NCBI GenBank assembly: GCA_016934535.1
Contig: JAFGSQ010000016.1
Span: 1 to 64,000, forward strand
Origin: a candidate division WOR-3 bacterium
GTDB lineage: Bacteria > SDB-A
Length of the DNA stretch: 64,000 nucleotides
Reading direction: 5' to 3'
How positions within the stretch are numbered: the stretch's first letter is position 1; every line of letters begins with the position of its first letter. Shown piece by piece: positions 19,262 through 28,606 of this stretch. The translations under genes and the position numbers were made by a program. The notes under the pieces are model-generated. The model did not search any database and was not told where the DNA came from. It saw only the letters and a program-made list of their open reading frames with translations.

Positions 19262-19818
19262 TATTTTTTATTTTTTTACTAGGATTTTCTCCGGTGACGG
19301 ATTCATTTTTCGGTTATCTCGGAAAAATCGATTATTTTTCGTCCGAATACGAAGAGACTGTTTACGATTCTCTGACAGAATCAGAATTCGTCTTCAGAGG
19401 CAGAATATACCTTTCGAGACCGAGCTTTTTCAGGATGAACGTGACATATCCGGAAATTCAAACTCTGATTTGTGACGGAGATTTCCTTTTGGTGGACATA
19501 CCGTCTGACGAGAACAGGCTCTTAATACCCCTTGACGACCCTCAGGCAAATTTACCGAGACCGGAAAAATTCATCTTCGGTACGCCGGAAGAATTCCGCG
19601 AGACTGGCGTCGTCGGGAACGATTCCACGACACTCATCAGCCTTGTACCCGTGTCAGAAAACGACTATTTCAAGAAAGTCGAAATCACTTTTGTCACAGG
19701 AAAAATGACAATTTTGAGTCTTAAAATATTCACGGAAGACTATGGCGTCAGGTTTATGAAGTTTAGTCCCGGCACTCAGAGTTTTTCGCCCCTCAATGAT
19801 TCTCTATTCAGGATTTAA
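19258..19818 (+). CDS. lolA: Outer-membrane lipoprotein carrier LolA family
   Basis: 'G.IYLSRP..FR.....PE.Q.LI.DG' motif; conserved ftsK-lolA synteny. Confidence 0.78.
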   Translation: MIFFIFLLGFSPVTDSFFGYLGKIDYFSSEYEETVYDSLTESEFVFRGRIYLSRPSFFRMNVTYPEIQTLICDGDFLLVDIPSDENRLLIPLDDPQANLPRPEKFIFGTPEEFRETGVVGNDSTTLISLVPVSENDYFKKVEITFVTGKMTILSLKIFTEDYGVRFMKFSPGTQSFSPLNDSLFRI

Positions 19819-19844
19819 ACCTTTTCGGGTTTTTCTCCGTCTAA
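19816..19844 (+). promoter_or_regulatory. Candidate ECF-type (autoregulatory) promoter
   Basis: TAAAC-17 nt-CGTCTAA directly upstream of the ECF sigma gene; resembles the AAC/CGT ECF consensus. Confidence 0.6.
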
Positions 19845-19859
19845 ATTAGTGTTAAATTG

Positions 19860-20363
19860 ATGGAGAATGAAATCGACTTTGATAATATCTACAAATCGCT
19901 TTGGCCGAAGATTTACAGGATTTGCCACCGGTTCGTCGGGGAAACTGAAGCCTACGACATGGCTCAGGAGGCTTTTTTGAAATTTTACAGGGCAAAAGCT
20001 AAATTCAGAGGGGAAAGCTCCTACTACACTTACATATACAGGATAGCCGTTAATTTATGCCTTGACAGACTGAAAAAAGAAAGCAGATTAGCCTCCATCG
20101 AAACTTTCGGAAATTTACTCGTAGATAAAAAATCAGAAAAAGAGGATCCTCTGATATCTAAAAGGATAGCGGAAGCGTTCGGATCACTCTCAAAACAGAG
20201 AAAAGCAGTCATTGTTCTTAGAATCCTCGAAGGGCTGTCCATCAGAGAGACCGCGGGCATTATGAACATATCTGAAGGTGCCGTTAAATCTCACCTTTTT
20301 CTGGCGGTCAGGGAAATGAGCAAAAAACTGGATTCATTGCGATCGGAGATCAAAAATGTTTGA
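19860..20363 (+). CDS. ECF RNA polymerase sigma factor
   Basis: Region 2 'DMAQEAFLK.Y.....FRGES...TYIYRIAVN', region 4 'EGLSIRETAGIMNISEGAVKSHL'. Confidence 0.92.
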   Translation: MENEIDFDNIYKSLWPKIYRICHRFVGETEAYDMAQEAFLKFYRAKAKFRGESSYYTYIYRIAVNLCLDRLKKESRLASIETFGNLLVDKKSEKEDPLISKRIAEAFGSLSKQRKAVIVLRILEGLSIRETAGIMNISEGAVKSHLFLAVREMSKKLDSLRSEIKNV

Positions 20364-20913
20364 AAAATGCTCCGAATTCAAACAATCTCTTTACGAATTT
20401 TCTTTCAGGGAAATACCAGAAGATGACTTGAAATTATTTTTAGCCCACGCTGAAAAATGCCCCTCGTGTAAATCCGAATACGAAAAAGTGATCCGGATTT
20501 TTGACGTCTTGAACAGGATTTCCTCTCCCGGAGTAATTCCGGAACCTGTTTTCGTGAAACCGCCAGAAAAAAAGTCTCTTTCCCGCGGAGTTTTCGGCAG
20601 ATTTCTCGCGGCCGCGGCACTGCTCTCTTTCATTGCTTTTTTCGTTTTCATAGAAAAGAATTCAATAGTGATAGAGAACGAAAAAATGAAAGAAGTCAAC
20701 TCTGCAATGTACGATATTTCAGGAGTTTCCGATGAAGAACTATACGAGTACGCCGATTACGAACAAAGGTTTTTTCAGGCTGAAAGCTTGTATTATTCAG
20801 AAGAAGACATTTATTTTCTTCTCGGATCACTGGAAGCCGAAGAATTCGGTCTTCTCAACAAAACACTCAAAAATAAATTTTTACTAAAAACTGCCGTCGG
20901 AGGGCTTTTATGA
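20356..20913 (+). CDS. Zinc-binding anti-sigma factor (ZAS, zf-HC2) with one TM segment
   Basis: HAEKCPSC (HxxxCxxC) followed by a TM helix; overlaps the sigma gene. Confidence 0.85.
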   Translation: MFEKCSEFKQSLYEFSFREIPEDDLKLFLAHAEKCPSCKSEYEKVIRIFDVLNRISSPGVIPEPVFVKPPEKKSLSRGVFGRFLAAAALLSFIAFFVFIEKNSIVIENEKMKEVNSAMYDISGVSDEELYEYADYEQRFFQAESLYYSEEDIYFLLGSLEAEEFGLLNKTLKNKFLLKTAVGGLL

Positions 20914-21338
20914 AAATATTTACCTGTTTAATGCTCCTTTTTTCTTCCTCGCTTTTCTCTCAGAGAGAACACCACATGAGGGACTTTGAAGCCATAAGAC
21001 TTTGGGAGATGGCTCAGCACCTGGAATTGACAGAAGAACAGATGGCGTCAATTATCCGGATCCACAGGGAAAATTCCGAGCTTTTGTCTCAAATGCATTC
21101 GAGAAGGTCTGAATTAATCGAGGATTTGAAAAAAGAAATCTCACTGAACAGCAGGGACGAAAATATTCTTTCGCTCGTGGCAGAGATAACTGACATCGAC
21201 TTGACTTTTCAGGAAATTAGGGAAAAAGAAAGAGAAAACATGTTCACAGTTCTCACACCCGTCCAAAAAGGCAAATTTTACATTTTCCAGGTCGAATTTG
21301 CAAAACGGGTCAGGGAACATTTGAGCGAGCCGAGATGA
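20910..21338 (+). CDS. Spy/CpxP-like periplasmic helical protein
   Basis: Signal peptide and two LTxxQ motifs (LELTEEQ, VLTPVQ). Confidence 0.78.
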   Translation: MKIFTCLMLLFSSSLFSQREHHMRDFEAIRLWEMAQHLELTEEQMASIIRIHRENSELLSQMHSRRSELIEDLKKEISLNSRDENILSLVAEITDIDLTFQEIREKERENMFTVLTPVQKGKFYIFQVEFAKRVREHLSEPR

Positions 21339-21339
21339 T

Positions 21340-23835
21340 TTATTCATCCCTTCTTTCTTTGTAGTCTCTTCTGTCTTTTTCGTCAGTTTTGCCTTTTTCG
21401 ACAATATTCCTGAAATCGTTTTCATCGACCAATTTTCTTCTTTGTTCTGTTCTCGCATCCATCAGGAATTCGGACACGATTATTTTTCTGACTTCGAATT
21501 CAGATTGCTCTATCTCGACAAAATCATTCATCTTCAATCCCAGAAGCTTCTCTCCCAGCGGAGAAAGATATGAAATGATCCCTGATTCCGGGTCCGAATC
21601 CCAGGGTCCCAGTATGGTAATGTTTTTTTCTTTTTCTCCGCTTTGCAGAAAGACAGTGGTTCCTATTGAGACTTTATCTGTATCAATCATGCCCTCGTCA
21701 ATGACACGTGTTTTAGAAAGCTGGTCTTCAAGATCCGAGATTTTACCCGCGATCTCGCGGTGTTTCGCTCTGGCCGCGTGATACTCAAAATTTTCGGACA
21801 GATCACCCATCGCCGCCGTCCTCCTTATCTCTTCGACAATAGCGGGCAGGGTGTCATAAAGAAGTTTGTCCCGAAGCGACTGTCTTTTGAAAAAAGAACT
21901 CTTTGAAACGTACACGGCTTTATCGCCGGAAGCCTGGGCTTCGTCTGAAACCACTACTTCGGGTCTGAGCCTGATCAGTTTCGTCCTTATCTCGCTCTTT
22001 TGAACAGGATTGAAAGCTGAGGAATCGCTGACCCAATTTACAATAAGTTTTGCCTGAGGCAAAAGTGCTTCGTCAACGGCGTTTTTAATTATTTCGTAAT
22101 CATTTTTCTTTAACAATTGTCTGACCTTAACAATGATCTTTTTGTTTCTTTCGGAGTTTTCTGAGGAACTTTTTTCAGTCAATTTGAAAATCCACTCTGT
22201 CAGATTTTCGTCAGACGGTATTCGGTCGGGTAAAATAACTTCGCCGCTTTTTACTTTCTCTGCCGCCCACAGCAAGGCTTCCGGCGATTCGAAAGGTCTT
22301 TCAAAAATATATGCCATGTCTTCTGCCCTGGTTTCAACGGGCAAGGAGTCTCTGAACCCGAAAGCCTTTGCGCAAAGAATCTGCTTCCGCAGACCTTCGT
22401 CAATTCTCGAAGAGCTTGTTAGGTTTCTGATTAACTTTTCCTTCAAATCTGTTTTGACCGAACTTTCGATTATCTCTAAAACTTCCATATCGCTCATTTG
22501 GCCGAAATCCAATTCCGTCAACTCGAATTTCTTGAAGTACTTTTGTAATTCAACAGACAAATAATGGAACTTCAACCTGGTTAGAGCCGAAGCTTTTTCA
22601 AGTTCACATTTCACGGCGAAAAAGTACTCTGAAGCTTTTTTCTCGTTTTCTTCCGTTGCGCCTTCTTTTTTCACCAACTGGAGAAAACTCGTCAATTTCC
22701 TGTAATGAGATTCGATGTCGCCGTCGTAAACGAAATCCTTATCGTTGCTTTGTTTTTTTTTCTTCTGTTTTTTAATTAAAATGAATTTACCCCCCTTTCC
22801 TCCGGCAGAATAATCAATGAAAGCGTCGTTTTTAATTCTGTCTCTCGAAGAGTTCCACCACGAGTCTTTTATTCCGAGACTGCTGGAGATATCTTTTTTC
22901 ATATCCTGGCCGAAAGCCTGGCCTGAAAAGCTTTTCAGATACATTTTTACAACTTGGACGGGATCTTCTTTTATAAGCGCCAAAAGTTTTTCTTTTTGAG
23001 TTTTTGTAACTACCGTCCAGTGATCGTCGTTGAGAGGTTCAATTATTTTTTCAGCGCCACCAAGATTCATCACGTGACCTTTTTTGTTTTCAAAGTCTAT
23101 CACAAGTTCGTCCTGATACGGGATCATTTCCCTTACCCGGCCCAAACCCCACGAATCGTGAAAAACCCATTTTCCTTCATCGTACCTGAGTATTTCCTGA
23201 AGCTTGTCGAGAACTGAAGTGACGTCTTTTCTAGAATGAACGTTCAGTTCCTCAAGAAAATATTCAAGATGCCGGCAATTTTTAAATTTCTCTCTCAGGC
23301 AAATCAGCAGATTTTTTCTTACTTCTTCACAAGGATTTATCTTCCAGCAAAATGCGAGTATTTTTTCCATTTCCTTCCAAAGTGACATTTTTTTGTAAAC
23401 TTCGATCACGTGAAACACCCAATCGTAAGCCGTTCTACTTTTCCCCGAATTCGATAACCTCTCGGCCCATTTTGATATTTTCTCATAATCAAACCAACCA
23501 TTTTCAGTCATTTGCAGAAAAATTTCTTCTGCTTCGGCGTCTCTTTTTTCAGAGATTAGTTCATCTATCACCTGTTCTTTCATTTCGTCGGATTTGTCCG
23601 ACAGCTCCATAAGTCTAAGGACGACGTCGCCTTTTTTTACTTCGGTTGCCAGAAGCCTTTTCAGAAACGCCAGTTCGTTATCACGATCCCCTGCCTGTTT
23701 TGCCTGCTCTGCGAGAAATCTAAGGCAAGTTCTGTTCTCTTCGGTTTTAAGCACTTTTTTACAGAATTCACAGGCTTCAGGAATTTTATCGTCTTTTTTG
23801 AATTCTTCAAGTTTTTCGGCTATGTTCTCATCCAT
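21340..23835 (-). CDS. greA: Large multidomain transcription elongation factor GreA (long N-terminal helical region plus C-terminal Gre domain)
   Basis: C-terminal GDLSENFEYHAA, VSIGTTV, ILGPWDSD, ISYLSPLG.KLLG; 'VFHDSWGLG.V' motif of long Gre proteins; start at ATG 23835. Confidence 0.88.
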   Translation of the reverse strand: MDENIAEKLEEFKKDDKIPEACEFCKKVLKTEENRTCLRFLAEQAKQAGDRDNELAFLKRLLATEVKKGDVVLRLMELSDKSDEMKEQVIDELISEKRDAEAEEIFLQMTENGWFDYEKISKWAERLSNSGKSRTAYDWVFHVIEVYKKMSLWKEMEKILAFCWKINPCEEVRKNLLICLREKFKNCRHLEYFLEELNVHSRKDVTSVLDKLQEILRYDEGKWVFHDSWGLGRVREMIPYQDELVIDFENKKGHVMNLGGAEKIIEPLNDDHWTVVTKTQKEKLLALIKEDPVQVVKMYLKSFSGQAFGQDMKKDISSSLGIKDSWWNSSRDRIKNDAFIDYSAGGKGGKFILIKKQKKKKQSNDKDFVYDGDIESHYRKLTSFLQLVKKEGATEENEKKASEYFFAVKCELEKASALTRLKFHYLSVELQKYFKKFELTELDFGQMSDMEVLEIIESSVKTDLKEKLIRNLTSSSRIDEGLRKQILCAKAFGFRDSLPVETRAEDMAYIFERPFESPEALLWAAEKVKSGEVILPDRIPSDENLTEWIFKLTEKSSSENSERNKKIIVKVRQLLKKNDYEIIKNAVDEALLPQAKLIVNWVSDSSAFNPVQKSEIRTKLIRLRPEVVVSDEAQASGDKAVYVSKSSFFKRQSLRDKLLYDTLPAIVEEIRRTAAMGDLSENFEYHAARAKHREIAGKISDLEDQLSKTRVIDEGMIDTDKVSIGTTVFLQSGEKEKNITILGPWDSDPESGIISYLSPLGEKLLGLKMNDFVEIEQSEFEVRKIIVSEFLMDARTEQRRKLVDENDFRNIVEKGKTDEKDRRDYKERRDE

Positions 23836-23842
23836 TTTGCCC

Positions 23843-25096
23843 TCACAGACAGTTTTCAAGAAGTTTGAGCATTTCTTTTTTGTAAGCCTCTACCCCCGGC
23901 TGATTGAAAGCGTTGACCCCCAGGAACTGCGAACTGAAAGCGGCAGAGAACATTAAAAAAGCAAAAAGATCTCCCAGGCTGTTTTCATCGCTTTTTTCAA
24001 CAGTAATCTCAAGGACAGGTCTTCCGCTTTTTTCGTGAGCGCTTTTTGTTCCGTTTTTTGCCTGTTCGTTTATCCACGAAAGCTGTTTCCCGGCAATATA
24101 ATCGAGTTTGTCATTTATCTCAAGAACGGGGACTTCGAATTGGAAATCGTTTTTCACGTAAAAGAAAGTTTCGAACAGTTCCTTCCTTCCGTCCTGAATA
24201 TACTGACCGAGTGAATGAAGGTCCCTGGTGCAATGGATCGTAGAAGGAAATATGCCTTTGGAGTCTTTGCCTTCACATTCTCCGAAAAGTTGCTGCCACC
24301 ACAAACCCAAATAATTGCTCCTCTCCTGCCACGTGACAAACAGCTCGTTCAGAAAGCCCATCATCAACAGATTGAATCTCGCGAAAGAATACACCATCGC
24401 AGGATTTCGAGCGAATTCAAGATTGGTATATCTGTCTCTTCCCTTGCGGAACGATTCTGAAAAAGCTTCAATGTCGGCTCCGGCTATAGCAAGTGGGAGA
24501 AGACCGACAGGTGTTATGACCGAAAATCTTCCTCCTATATCGTCCGGAACAGAAAATGTTTTCCAATTATTTTCTGTCGCCATTTTTTTTAAAACACCCC
24601 TGGATGAGTCTGTAATTGCAGTGACGTGAACACTGTTGCCCCGATCTTTCGACAACTCGCTCAAAAATATCCTCAGTGAAACAGAAGGTTCAATAGTTGT
24701 TCCCGACTTGCTTATAACTATAAGGGCGGTCCTGTTTTTCTTTACATCACCCAGCAGTTTTATGTAAGTGTCCGGCGAAAGATTATACCCGCAAAAACTG
24801 ATATCGGGACCGCCGTCTTTGCAAAGAAAATCCAACGACGCTTTTGAGCCCAGATAAGAACCTCCCACACCCAGGATCACTACTTTTTCGAATTTATCCC
24901 GTATTTGTTCCGAATGTTCGACAATGTCTTTTTTCAGGAGATCAGACATTTTACAATCCATCCATCCTGTGTACTGAGATCCCGGGATTTTTCTTGTTAT
25001 CACAGAAAGAATGTTCCTGCAATATCCGTCCGAAGCATTGAATACCTCGTTCAATCTGGATAGCACCGCATTTGAGCCCAAAGATAATTCTACCAT
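23843..25096 (-). CDS. pgi: Glucose-6-phosphate isomerase
   Basis: GVGGSYLG, ISKSGTTIE, DIGGRFSV, QLFGECEGK, DLHSLGQ, NQPGVEAYK. Confidence 0.95.
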   Translation of the reverse strand: MVELSLGSNAVLSRLNEVFNASDGYCRNILSVITRKIPGSQYTGWMDCKMSDLLKKDIVEHSEQIRDKFEKVVILGVGGSYLGSKASLDFLCKDGGPDISFCGYNLSPDTYIKLLGDVKKNRTALIVISKSGTTIEPSVSLRIFLSELSKDRGNSVHVTAITDSSRGVLKKMATENNWKTFSVPDDIGGRFSVITPVGLLPLAIAGADIEAFSESFRKGRDRYTNLEFARNPAMVYSFARFNLLMMGFLNELFVTWQERSNYLGLWWQQLFGECEGKDSKGIFPSTIHCTRDLHSLGQYIQDGRKELFETFFYVKNDFQFEVPVLEINDKLDYIAGKQLSWINEQAKNGTKSAHEKSGRPVLEITVEKSDENSLGDLFAFLMFSAAFSSQFLGVNAFNQPGVEAYKKEMLKLLENCL

Positions 25097-25126
25097 TTTG
25101 TCTCCGATGATTTTTTTTTAAAATCG

Positions 25127-25155
25127 TTGGCTTTTACAGTTTTTATGCTTAAAAT
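25127..25155 (+). promoter_or_regulatory. Candidate sigma70 promoter for the esterase-like/HD-GYP pair
   Basis: TTGGCT-17 nt-TAAAAT in the AT-rich divergent intergenic region. Confidence 0.4.
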
Positions 25156-25198
25156 TATAAATTAATACTTGCAATTTTAAAAGCCTATTCGGAGTTTT

Positions 25199-26383
25199 AT
25201 GGACTTCAGTGATTTTTTTCAGCTCGTTGATTATTTGAACGGTCAGGAAGACCCTGAGCAAAGACAGGCTGTAATGACAAAGACGCTGAAGAACCTTGTT
25301 TCAAAGAAAAAAATTCCGCTATCTTCGAAGGACGGTACAGTTTTATTCGCATGGATAGGCGACGGCCCCTCCATTGAAGATAAAACGATTTACCTGAGAA
25401 CCTCTGAGACCGGCTGGGAAAGGGATGGTTTTCTTGGCAAATACTACAACGGCAATATTAGATTGGCCGTCAGAAATTTTAACGGAACGGAAAAAGTTCT
25501 GTACAAATTTGAATCTGACTGCATTTGGTTTCCAGACCCACTGAACCACAACGTGGAGTGGGATGGAACAACCGGAGAAAGCATGAATTCGCGTATGAAT
25601 TCCGTAGTTTTTTTTTCGAGCGAACCATCCTGGCCCAACGGAAGGACCGAAATGTTCGACGTGGAATTTGGTTTTGAAGGATTCAAAATAACTGTCAGAA
25701 ACTGGATTGTCATTCCCCCCGACTACGACAGAAACCTCTCATCCTATCCTCTTATGCTGCTGGCGTGCGGAGATCATTACGCGACTCATTTCGAATTGCC
25801 TTCACTTCCGGCTAAACTCATGTCGGAAAACTCGATAACCGAATTTCCTCTGATAGTTCTTGTCAGTTCCGAAGTAACTGAATCGGGAAGACCAATAGGC
25901 AAAGAAGAACTGTTTTCAAAACGAGGGGTATTCAGCAAAATGATGGAAAACTACTTCGCAAGTTTTATTGTTTACGAAATTGAATCCAGATTCCGAACGA
26001 AAAGAAATCCTGTATACAGGACCATAGGCGGTTTCAAGGAAGGCGCTTCTTTTGCCCTTAAAACCGGGCTTAATCATCCGGAGGTGTTTTCGGGCATAGT
26101 CTGCCAATCGCTGGATGAATATGATCCTGATTTGACAGCATCTCATCCCGGCGATTCCGCTCTTCCGCCCCCTTTTATATATTTTGACTGCGGCGAATCC
26201 GGTTGTCACGAAAAAACAAGAGAGTCTTCCTTGTCTCTGAAAAAAAAGGGGTACAAATATATAGACATCACCGTATTCAAAAATCAGGAAGAAAAACCCG
26301 AAGAAATAAAATCCAGACTCAGAAAAATGTTCGAAAAGATTTACGGCAGATTTCCTTTAAGTGCGGAGAAATATTATGATTGA
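25199..26383 (+). CDS. Enterochelin-esterase (Fes)-like alpha/beta-hydrolase-fold protein with a CBM48/E-set-like N-domain; catalytic residues degenerate
   Basis: 'YKF.....W.PDPLN' Ig-like domain; 'PPDYD....YP'; nucleophile elbow reads GFKEG instead of GxSxG; 'HPEVFSGIVCQS', 'IYFDCG'. Confidence 0.7.
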   Translation: MDFSDFFQLVDYLNGQEDPEQRQAVMTKTLKNLVSKKKIPLSSKDGTVLFAWIGDGPSIEDKTIYLRTSETGWERDGFLGKYYNGNIRLAVRNFNGTEKVLYKFESDCIWFPDPLNHNVEWDGTTGESMNSRMNSVVFFSSEPSWPNGRTEMFDVEFGFEGFKITVRNWIVIPPDYDRNLSSYPLMLLACGDHYATHFELPSLPAKLMSENSITEFPLIVLVSSEVTESGRPIGKEELFSKRGVFSKMMENYFASFIVYEIESRFRTKRNPVYRTIGGFKEGASFALKTGLNHPEVFSGIVCQSLDEYDPDLTASHPGDSALPPPFIYFDCGESGCHEKTRESSLSLKKKGYKYIDITVFKNQEEKPEEIKSRLRKMFEKIYGRFPLSAEKYYD

Positions 26384-27545
26384 CATGGTCAAATTACTTT
26401 ACAGACTCAACCAGATAGGAATTTCTCTTTCTGCCATCAGGGACCTCGATGTTTTTTTCGACTACATCCTTAAAGAAGCGAGAGAATTCACGAATTGCGA
26501 CGGCGGAACGCTTTATACCGTCCACGGAGACATGCTGGAACTGACCGTGAGCCAAAATCAAAAACTTTCTGAAAGAGCTGGAGACAACGCAGTAAAAACA
26601 AATTACATCAAAGTCTCAATGCCGATATCTACACAAAGCATAGCAGGTTACGTCACGCTGACAGGCAATACTGTCAACATTGCGGACGCTTACGACATAG
26701 ATAAGAAATACCCGTTCAAACACAACAGGTCATTCGATGAAAAGTCGGATTACAAAACGACATCAATTCTCACCGTGCCTCTGAAAGAACCCTCCGGGAT
26801 CATACTCGGTGTATTACAGCTGATCAACAGGCGCGACGACGAAGGGAACATTACACCCTTCCCCGATCATCTTGTCGAACTCACTCTCTCACTCGCCTCG
26901 CAGGCCGCTGTCGCCCTGAGAAACGTAAAGTACTCGGAAGAACTTAAAAAATCGTATTACGAAACTATTTTCAGGCTTTCAGTTGCCGCTGAATTCAAAG
27001 ATTCGGACACGGCCAACCACCTAAAAAGGATGAGTAATTACACACTGATGATAGCCAAAAACATCTCTCTTTCGCCTGAGGAAACAGAGCTCATATTTCA
27101 TGCGGCACCCATGCACGACATCGGAAAACTCGGAATACCTGATCACATTCTCCTCAAACCCGGAAGGCTGACTGACGAGGAATGGGAAGAAATGAAAAAA
27201 CACACGATATACGGTTCGAAAATACTAGAAAATTCTAAGAACACCATACTCGAAACTTCGCGCATAATTGCGCTTTATCATCATGAAAAATACAACGGTT
27301 CAGGATATCCATTCGGCCTGAAAGGCGAAGACATCCCTCTTTACGCGAGGATTTGTTCAATAGCGGACGTATTCGATGCGCTGACTTCACCCAGACCGTA
27401 TAAGAATGCTTTCTCGACTGATAAATCTTTTGGCATTATACAGGAAGAAAAAGGAGTTTCATTCGATCCTGAACTCACCGAGGCTTTCCTTAAAGACAAA
27501 TCACAGATTCTCTCAATAATGAATATGTACAGCGAATCAGACTAG
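26376..27545 (+). CDS. GAF + HD-GYP c-di-GMP phosphodiesterase
   Basis: GAF (CDGGTLY, SIAGYV, GVLQLIN); HDIGK, HHEKYNGSGYP, ADVFDALTS.RPYK; ATG 26376 after GGAG. Confidence 0.92.
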   Translation: MIDMVKLLYRLNQIGISLSAIRDLDVFFDYILKEAREFTNCDGGTLYTVHGDMLELTVSQNQKLSERAGDNAVKTNYIKVSMPISTQSIAGYVTLTGNTVNIADAYDIDKKYPFKHNRSFDEKSDYKTTSILTVPLKEPSGIILGVLQLINRRDDEGNITPFPDHLVELTLSLASQAAVALRNVKYSEELKKSYYETIFRLSVAAEFKDSDTANHLKRMSNYTLMIAKNISLSPEETELIFHAAPMHDIGKLGIPDHILLKPGRLTDEEWEEMKKHTIYGSKILENSKNTILETSRIIALYHHEKYNGSGYPFGLKGEDIPLYARICSIADVFDALTSPRPYKNAFSTDKSFGIIQEEKGVSFDPELTEAFLKDKSQILSIMNMYSESD

Positions 27546-28601
27546 TATCTGTAAAAGAACTAACGTACCGAGAGAAAGGATTACAGCAGCAACGGCTATT
27601 TTGAAAATCCTAAAATTTCTCTGAACGAACCTCTGCACAGGACTCAGATCCGAAGTGAACGAATACAAAATAATTATCGCCAGAAGAGGTAAAACAAACA
27701 TGACGTTGTAAATCAAAAGCAATGCGGCTGTTTTGAAAGTCACTTGCGAAATCATGACTATTGTCGGAATGTAAATTTGACCCGTACAAAGAAGCTCTGA
27801 AAAAGAAACTGCTATGCCCACGAGGAAAAATATAAAAAAAAGCGCGTTTTTGTTAATCCTGAGGATGTTATGGATTCTACGAACGCTTTTCTGGGAAAGG
27901 GACGAAAGCCTGCCTGCTGGTTTAAACGCGTCCAACAACTGAATAAACGCCGTAACAAGGCAAAACCCGATTATAAGTATTTTAACGAAAAGCGCTGACC
28001 AAGGGAAAAAAGAGAAATTTCTGGCGAGAAAAACAGACGACGCCCATCCGAAAAAGAAATAAAAAAAGAAAATGCCGGTGACGTAGCAAATTCCTGAAAA
28101 AACGACGTTTTTTTTATTTCTTCCTTTTAATGAAAGAAAAGACAACAAGAACACCAGCGCCGTAAAAGCGCAGGGATTAACTCCGTCCGCCAACCCGAGT
28201 AGTGCGGTTGATAGCAAATGAAGATTGCTTTCATTTGGAACCGTAACTGAGTTTTCTTCCTGATTCCTGTAGTAAAAATAATAAAAGATCAAAGAGTCGT
28301 CCCTTAGATTGCCCGTTAGAAGAGTGTCTCCTATGAAAAGTGCGGGAAACTTGAAATAATCCATTCCGTCAGGATTTTCGAGTGAGTTCCATTTCAGCTG
28401 ATATGACTCTCTTCCGGATGCGGAATAAGGATCAACTTTGTAAAAAAGGATTCTGGGATCTTTTTCTTCGAGAGTCTTCAGCCACATAAAATAATCGGTG
28501 CATTTACCGCAGGAATTTGAAGCGTAATAATAAGCTGGAGCGGTCCTCAATAAAGACGGAAAAACCGACAGGACGATCCCGGCGAAAAAAAGTTTTCTCA
28601 T
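27537..28601 (-). CDS. Thioredoxin-like (CxxC) plus CcdA/DsbD-type transmembrane redox protein
   Basis: Start MRKLFF at 28601; CGKC then FP; TM domain with DGVNPCAF and ELLCTGQIY cysteines. Confidence 0.78.
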   Translation of the reverse strand: MRKLFFAGIVLSVFPSLLRTAPAYYYASNSCGKCTDYFMWLKTLEEKDPRILFYKVDPYSASGRESYQLKWNSLENPDGMDYFKFPALFIGDTLLTGNLRDDSLIFYYFYYRNQEENSVTVPNESNLHLLSTALLGLADGVNPCAFTALVFLLSFLSLKGRNKKNVVFSGICYVTGIFFFYFFFGWASSVFLARNFSFFPWSALFVKILIIGFCLVTAFIQLLDAFKPAGRLSSLSQKSVRRIHNILRINKNALFFIFFLVGIAVSFSELLCTGQIYIPTIVMISQVTFKTAALLLIYNVMFVLPLLAIIILYSFTSDLSPVQRFVQRNFRIFKIAVAAVILSLGTLVLLQILV

Positions 28602-28606
28602 TTGGT

